Shown here in pieces: positions 31,337 to 35,989 of a DNA stretch of 35,989 nucleotides. The notes below the pieces were generated by a model. The model had not been told where the DNA came from, ran no database searches, and saw nothing but the letters and a program-made list of their open reading frames with translations. This DNA comes from Candidatus Woesearchaeota archaeon. GTDB lineage: Archaea; Nanobdellota; Nanobdellia; Pacearchaeales; GW2011-AR1. The DNA lies in NCBI GenBank assembly GCA_964457815.1, contig CAYWFA010000001.1, positions 1-35,989 on the forward strand, written 5' to 3'. Each line of letters opens with the position of its first letter. The stretch's first letter is position 1. The translations under genes and the position numbers were made by a program.

Positions 31337-34300
31337 CTAGGCTTGAGTATACATTGAATCTTGGGTTATTGAAACTTCGTAACCTTTTTCTGGTTCAAGC
31401 AAGAAGTTTAATCCAACATAAGGAGGAATCCAAGGGAAAGGAGAGCCTGTAGAAATATATCCTTCTGAAATTTGATTAAGCCCATTCCAATTAGTTACTG
31501 CATCTGAATAAGAAACAGAATTGATTAGATTGTTGGCATTTTTAATAGAAGAGTTGTAATACAAAGAAACCCAATTTTTTCCAGAAGAAGTTGAATTTCT
31601 AATTAATTGAACGCTTGTAGGTGAATTAACTATTCCCACTAAACTCCAGTTAGTAAATACAGAAGAAGTTGAATTGAGATTCATTTCATAACCTGCACCT
31701 TCTTCTATATTGAAGTTGCAATTATTAAGGGTGCAACTTGGATAATCTGGACACGAGAAATCATTACAAGTTACTCTTTTTTGAATTGTGCTATTCCACA
31801 TTGTAAATGAAGTGATATTGTTTATCTCTGCAAGAGCATCCTTTGCATCTGCAAGATTTGTTTCAAGATACAATCCCATCCAATTTCTGGTATTTAGTGA
31901 AGGTTTTCTGTGCATATAATATACTGTCTTGCCTATAATATCTGGATTAATTTCTTCTGATATCGGATTCCAAGAAGAGATTTTGTAAAACTTTCTTCTG
32001 GTTTGGTTGGAAGTTAAATCAGTATAATTTAAATCAGAGGTTTCTGCTAAAAATAAAAAGGGCGATAAAACATCTTCTGTGGAATACACCCGGTATTTAA
32101 GAGAATGATTTGAACTATTCCAAGACAAAAATGCATTTCCTGTACCGTCATTAATTGTCATATAGGTTATAAATTCGGAACTGTTTAATGGTTCAACAGG
32201 TAAAAAAGAAGAAAAAGTATAATTTGTTGAATTAAATGCAGAATTTCCATGATCATCAAAACACAAAACATTCCAATTATAATATCCATCTCCTGCTGTA
32301 TATAAAGAAGAAAAATTATTAACAATTTCTTTGGTAGGAGAAAGGACAGTTTGATTTTTCAACCAAGTGAGATTGAAATCTCCATAAAGGGAACAGTTTG
32401 ATATTTCGTTTGAATCATTTACAGAATAATTAAAATAATCAATTAAATATCCTGAAAAATTAGAATAGTTTTCAGGGTAAATTAAATTAACAGTGGGTGG
32501 CAAAGTATCAATTGAAAAAGATTTGTTGAATACCGAAAAATCACAATTTCCTGCAAAATCGCACACATAACAATTCCATTCAAAAAATCCTTGTTCGGAT
32601 ATTGTTTTACTAAAAGTATAATTTACTTTATTTATTCCAGAAGAGTTTGTTTCATTCAAATGCCAATTGCCCCCTGTCCAGTTTCCGTACAAAGAAACAT
32701 TTGCAATCTTATAATTATCATCTGTGTAACAGCTAAAATCAACTAAAAAATTATTTGTTTTTAAATTATCAGGATAATTTAATGTTACATCAGGGAAAAG
32801 AATATCTGAACGAACTTCTAACTGAATATAATCTGTTTCTACATATACCCATGCAGATGAGGGAGGATTTCCAGGACGAGTGCTCTGACTTCTTACTCTG
32901 AATTGAAGATAACCGCTTGAATTGATATACTCTGAAAAATTCACAGAGGCATAAGCAAAAGATTCAGTTCTGTCTGCATTTGTTGTATGTGATGCTATTT
33001 GAATCCAGCTTCCAGAAGTTTGATTATAGATATACAAAATATACCCATCGGTTCCACTTCCAACATCTCCTCTTCCTTTCCAAGTGAGATTTATATAAGT
33101 AATTTCATTTAAATTTTCATTAATTTTAAATTCAAACCTTTGGTTAGCATAACTTCCTGAAGTGGGTGGAGAATAACGTAAATAAACACCGTTGGGAGAT
33201 TCGACAAGATATTCATTGGAATCTTCTGTTGTTGGATAATCTTCTGTTCCCACATAAATTTTATGATTATTTGGAAAAAGATAATTATAAACCTTTGAGG
33301 CATAACCAATTCCTAAAACAACACTTTTCTCGTTATTCTCGGATGAAGAATAATATTTGGAAGCGTCTTCAGAAATATTACATGTTATCTCTTTTGAACC
33401 AACTTCATTATTTTCAGAAATTAAAAATTGGGCATAACCCTCTGAATCTGTTAAATTACTTCCTAGATACTCTCCTCCCTCATAAAATGAAACATTGTAT
33501 CCAGATATTTTTTGTTGTGTATAGTTGTTTAATACACTACAATAAAATGTTGAGTTATACCCTACTTTTACGCCCTTTGGGATAAAAAATGCATCGCCTA
33601 TTTCAGAATATCCCCAAATTCTGAAAGTCATTTCATTTGTAAAGTTTTCCCATCCTACAGAATCATTTGCATATATTTTCCAAGAAATAATATTTCCAAC
33701 ATCGAGAGAATTATTTTGCCATATAAAACTGCTTAAATCTGTTGTTCCTGATAATTCTTGAGGAGAATTATAAGTGGTTTTATTTTCCCATGTTCCTGTT
33801 TCATTTGTTGATAGCCATGCTTTTTCAAGTAAAAATTCATCCTCCCAACTTGCAGACAAATTCAAATAATCTTCTACATAGAATCTTTCTATATAAACTC
33901 CATTTCGTGTTTGATTTTGTTCTGTCCAAAATGGAGGAGTTAAATCCACAATAAATTCTATGCTCTCCTTATTTAAATTACCTAGGGTATCGTTTGAATA
34001 AAGATTTATTTTATTGTCCCCTTCCAATGCATTAAAGGTGGTATTTTGTCCACAACCAATTGAATTATTTATTCCATCGTTTAAATTCCACCAGCATTCA
34101 TAAAGAGTGCCTATTCCTTCGTCATAAACAGTGTAATTTAAAGGTAAACTGATGCTGTAATTATAAATTATATTTTCTGGTCTTGTTACATTTATGACTG
34201 GTCCAGTTGTATCCAGCTTAATTTTTCTTGTTTCTGTATAATTTAACTTATTAACAGAATCATAAACTGAAACATTATAATAATAAACTCCATCTGATAA

Positions 34301-35989
34301 TCCTGTCCAGTTTATTGTCCTGACTGGATTTGTATAAGTTGTAGCATTTATAGGATTCCCAAGAGAATTAAACAAGCTAAAGGTCATATTTGCCTCATTA
34401 ATTTCATCAACACTAACATTGACAAAAATCCAATTTCTTGAAAAATTGCTGTTATTCTGGGGGGTTCCAGTAATTCCACCTATATCATTTACGAATTCAA
34501 TTTTTGGGAAGGTTGTGTCAATTGTAAATGAAAAGTTTGCAATTGCGAATGAATAGCTTCCAATAGAGTTATTACACCAGACATTCCAAAGATAATCTCC
34601 ATCTCCATAAGAACTTAAATCAATATTATTAAAGTAATTTAAAGACACATTTTCAACTTCATAGTCAAAAATCTTTTCTTCCCATCCTCCCCAGTTTCCA
34701 TACAAGATACAAGCATCTATTCCCCTTTTATCTTCGGGAGTATAACTAAAATCAATTAAGTTATAATCTAAAAAATCGTCATCTTCTGGGGAATTTAGCT
34801 CGATTGAAGGAACATTTGTGTCTACAAAAAAATCTACTTTTGAATACGAGGGGTTTCCTAAAGTATCGTTTGAAAAGAACCATATCGTATTTTCACCTTC
34901 TTCATCAATATTAAAGGTTGTGTTTTGTCCGCAGGTAATTGAATTATTTGCTCCATTGTTTAGATTCCACCAACAATGAGACAGGGTTCCTACTCCTGAA
35001 TCATATATATTGTAATTGAGAGGCAAACTTGTATTTATGTTATAAAGGATTGGTTTTGGGTCAACAATATTTATTACTGGCCCGGTTGTGTCTAACTGAA
35101 TATTTCTTGTTTCAGTTGAATTAACATTTACAACAACGTCTGAAACAGAAACATTGTAATGATAAACTCCGTCTGATAATCCTGTCCAATTTATTGTTCT
35201 TCTTAAATCTGTGTACGTTGAGGAGTTTATTGAAAGATAGTTTGAATCATATAAATTAAAAGTTATATTTGCCTCGTTAATTTCATCAACACTAACATTG
35301 ACAAAAATCCAATTTCTTGAAAAATTAGCATTATTTAAGGGGGTTCCAGCAATTCCACTGATATCATTTACGAAATCAATCTTTGGAAAAGTTGTGTCAA
35401 TCTCAAAATCAACTTCTATAGAATCATTTAAGTTACCATATTCATCCCAGACATAAAATTTAACGGTATTTTCTCCATCACTTAAGCTTCTTGAACCTGA
35501 AAATCCGGTATTAGTACCATTTGGGGTTAAAGTGTAATTTGTTGAACCTCCATCAATGGTATAGTTTGCTACAGCCCAAATATTTGTTGTTATATTAAAC
35601 CAAATCAAAGAGTTTCCATAATACTTATCTTGCTCTGGAGACAAAACATTTACTTTTGGAGGGGTTAAATCTACTGAAAAAGATATTGAATTATTTACCC
35701 CCCATTTTCCTCTACTATCGTTTCCATAAACAATCAGATTGTAACTTCCATTATCCAGCTGCAAAGAGGTGTTTATATTTGGAAGAGTTATATTTGTTCC
35801 ATTATAATTTATTATCCATGTGTGAATATTATCATTTGCTGTTGCATTAAACCACATTGTTGAACTTCTGTAGAGGTTATTTAAAGGAGAAGTAACATTG
35901 ATTACTATTGGTATAAACTCATCATAAGAAATCCTAACATAGCCTGGAGCTGAACTACCTCCCGCAACAGAAGTTGCTCCTCCTTTTTT
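31337..35989 (-). CDS. Second giant surface/adhesin-like protein, N-terminus outside the window (>1550 aa)
   Basis: The track starts it at M (35857). Hand translation shows the frame stays open to the window edge: ...KKGGATSVAGGSSAPGYVRISYDEFIPIVINVTSPLNNLYRSSTMWFNATAND. GYVRISY matches the end of the glycine-rich domain (GYLRISY) of the first giant protein. It is followed by Ig-like modules, an FN3-like segment (LSWNSSNHSLKYRVYS) and a distinct C-terminal domain. Confidence 0.9.
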   Translation of the reverse strand, partial: KKGGATSVAGGSSAPGYVRISYDEFIPIVINVTSPLNNLYRSSTMWFNATANDNIHTWIINYNGTNITLPNINTSLQLDNGSYNLIVYGNDSRGKWGVNNSISFSVDLTPPKVNVLSPEQDKYYGNSLIWFNITTNIWAVANYTIDGGSTNYTLTPNGTNTGFSGSRSLSDGENTVKFYVWDEYGNLNDSIEVDFEIDTTFPKIDFVNDISGIAGTPLNNANFSRNWIFVNVSVDEINEANITFNLYDSNYLSINSSTYTDLRRTINWTGLSDGVYHYNVSVSDVVVNVNSTETRNIQLDTTGPVINIVDPKPILYNINTSLPLNYNIYDSGVGTLSHCWWNLNNGANNSITCGQNTTFNIDEEGENTIWFFSNDTLGNPSYSKVDFFVDTNVPSIELNSPEDDDFLDYNLIDFSYTPEDKRGIDACILYGNWGGWEEKIFDYEVENVSLNYFNNIDLSSYGDGDYLWNVWCNNSIGSYSFAIANFSFTIDTTFPKIEFVNDIGGITGTPQNNSNFSRNWIFVNVSVDEINEANMTFSLFNSLGNPINATTYTNPVRTINWTGLSDGVYYYNVSVYDSVNKLNYTETRKIKLDTTGPVINVTRPENIIYNYSISLPLNYTVYDEGIGTLYECWWNLNDGINNSIGCGQNTTFNALEGDNKINLYSNDTLGNLNKESIEFIVDLTPPFWTEQNQTRNGVYIERFYVEDYLNLSASWEDEFLLEKAWLSTNETGTWENKTTYNSPQELSGTTDLSSFIWQNNSLDVGNIISWKIYANDSVGWENFTNEMTFRIWGYSEIGDAFFIPKGVKVGYNSTFYCSVLNNYTQQKISGYNVSFYEGGEYLGSNLTDSEGYAQFLISENNEVGSKEITCNISEDASKYYSSSENNEKSVVLGIGYASKVYNYLFPNNHKIYVGTEDYPTTEDSNEYLVESPNGVYLRYSPPTSGSYANQRFEFKINENLNEITYINLTWKGRGDVGSGTDGYILYIYNQTSGSWIQIASHTTNADRTESFAYASVNFSEYINSSGYLQFRVRSQSTRPGNPPSSAWVYVETDYIQLEVRSDILFPDVTLNYPDNLKTNNFLVDFSCYTDDNYKIANVSLYGNWTGGNWHLNETNSSGINKVNYTFSKTISEQGFFEWNCYVCDFAGNCDFSVFNKSFSIDTLPPTVNLIYPENYSNFSGYLIDYFNYSVNDSNEISNCSLYGDFNLTWLKNQTVLSPTKEIVNNFSSLYTAGDGYYNWNVLCFDDHGNSAFNSTNYTFSSFLPVEPLNSSEFITYMTINDGTGNAFLSWNSSNHSLKYRVYSTEDVLSPFLFLAETSDLNYTDLTSNQTRRKFYKISSWNPISEEINPDIIGKTVYYMHRKPSLNTRNWMGLYLETNLADAKDALAEINNITSFTMWNSTIQKRVTCNDFSCPDYPSCTLNNCNFNIEEGAGYEMNLNSTSSVFTNWSLVGIVNSPTSVQLIRNSTSSGKNWVSLYYNSSIKNANNLINSVSYSDAVTNWNGLNQISEGYISTGSPFPWIPPYVGLNFLLEPEKGYEVSITQDSMYTQA
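33944..35398 (-). repeat. Internal segmental duplication (two ~193-aa units, 879-bp period) inside the second giant gene
   Basis: Copy 1 (35398-34820) starts DTTFPKIDFVNDISGIAGTP...NFSRNWIFVNVSVDEINEANITF...RTINWTGLSDGVYHYNVSV...LDTTGPVINIV. Copy 2 (34519-33944) starts DTTFPKIEFVNDIGGITGTP...NFSRNWIFVNVSVDEINEANMTF...RTINWTGLSDGVYYYNVSV...LDTTGPVINVT. Long stretches are identical at DNA level, for example 35281-35325 against 34402-34446. Confidence 0.85.

Noticed and set aside
3126-35850. About 35 short (60-139 aa) track ORFs antisense to or out of frame with the large genes. Examples are 3126-3425, 3831-4142, 4437-4688, 6210-7188, 8256-8459, 9007-9234, 9441-9716, 11897-12085, 15024-15230, 17692-17919, 22419-22628, 23185-23860, 26562-27168, 27382-27570, 27639-28189, 28396-29403, 30428-30944, 33109-33954 and 35656-35850.
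   Set aside because: All are embedded in longer ORFs that have recognisable motifs or consistent operon structure. Their translations are low-complexity F/L/I/S-rich strings typical of antisense frames in AT-rich DNA.
7511-35989. Very high density of N-x-S/T sequons in the secreted and giant proteins as evidence of special glycosylation
   Set aside because: Asn, Ser and Thr are strongly enriched simply because of the AT-rich codon bias. Heavy N-glycosylation is plausible, but the sequon count alone carries no information.
1-35989. CRISPR arrays, rRNA genes, transposases or IS elements, and type IV pilus, archaellum or sortase genes
   Set aside because: I looked for regularly spaced short repeats, IS-like inverted terminal repeats with a transposase, class III (prepilin-type) signal peptides, FlaI/PilB-type ATPases and LPXTG/PGF-CTERM sorting signals. 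None was found.

Overview
AT-rich archaeal DNA (about 30% GC by eye, not computed). Archaeal origin follows from a tRNA-Leu(CAA)-eL18(L18e)-uL13-uS9 block, since L18e has no bacterial homologue. The standard genetic code fits: TGA and TAA act as stops, and ATGA overlaps and GGAGG-like ribosome-binding sites are present. No metabolic genes are visible. Asn-rich giant surface proteins and tight gene packing suggest a DPANN-type small-genome archaeon (inference only). Outside the ribosomal block and a XerA-like recombinase, the window is mostly cell-surface or accessory genes, largely on the minus strand. These are two giant (>1500 aa and about 2460 aa) adhesin-like proteins with a glycine-rich domain and tandem Ig-like modules, four paralogous small secreted proteins, and two HerA/FtsK-superfamily (DUF87-like) ATPases. 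There are also two winged-helix regulators, a membrane HExxH protein and many K/E-rich coiled-coil proteins. The main observation is one unannotated beta-rich domain (SW-G-YFG ... EIYAS ... YDFEMLV ... YFWVELE) in three contexts. It forms the whole mature part of the four small secreted paralogs. It forms the C-terminal 193 aa of the 2457-aa giant protein. It also forms the extracellular N-terminal domain of a 1120-aa two-TM protein whose cytoplasmic C-terminus is a HerA-like ATPase. This suggests a previously undescribed surface filament or translocation apparatus with an ATPase-linked anchor, shaft subunits and a giant tip adhesin; that model is a hypothesis. No type IV pilus, archaellum or sortase components are present. 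Three paralogs share a 123-166 bp DNA segment at 93-98% identity, consistent with gene conversion. No rRNA, CRISPR array or transposase was seen.
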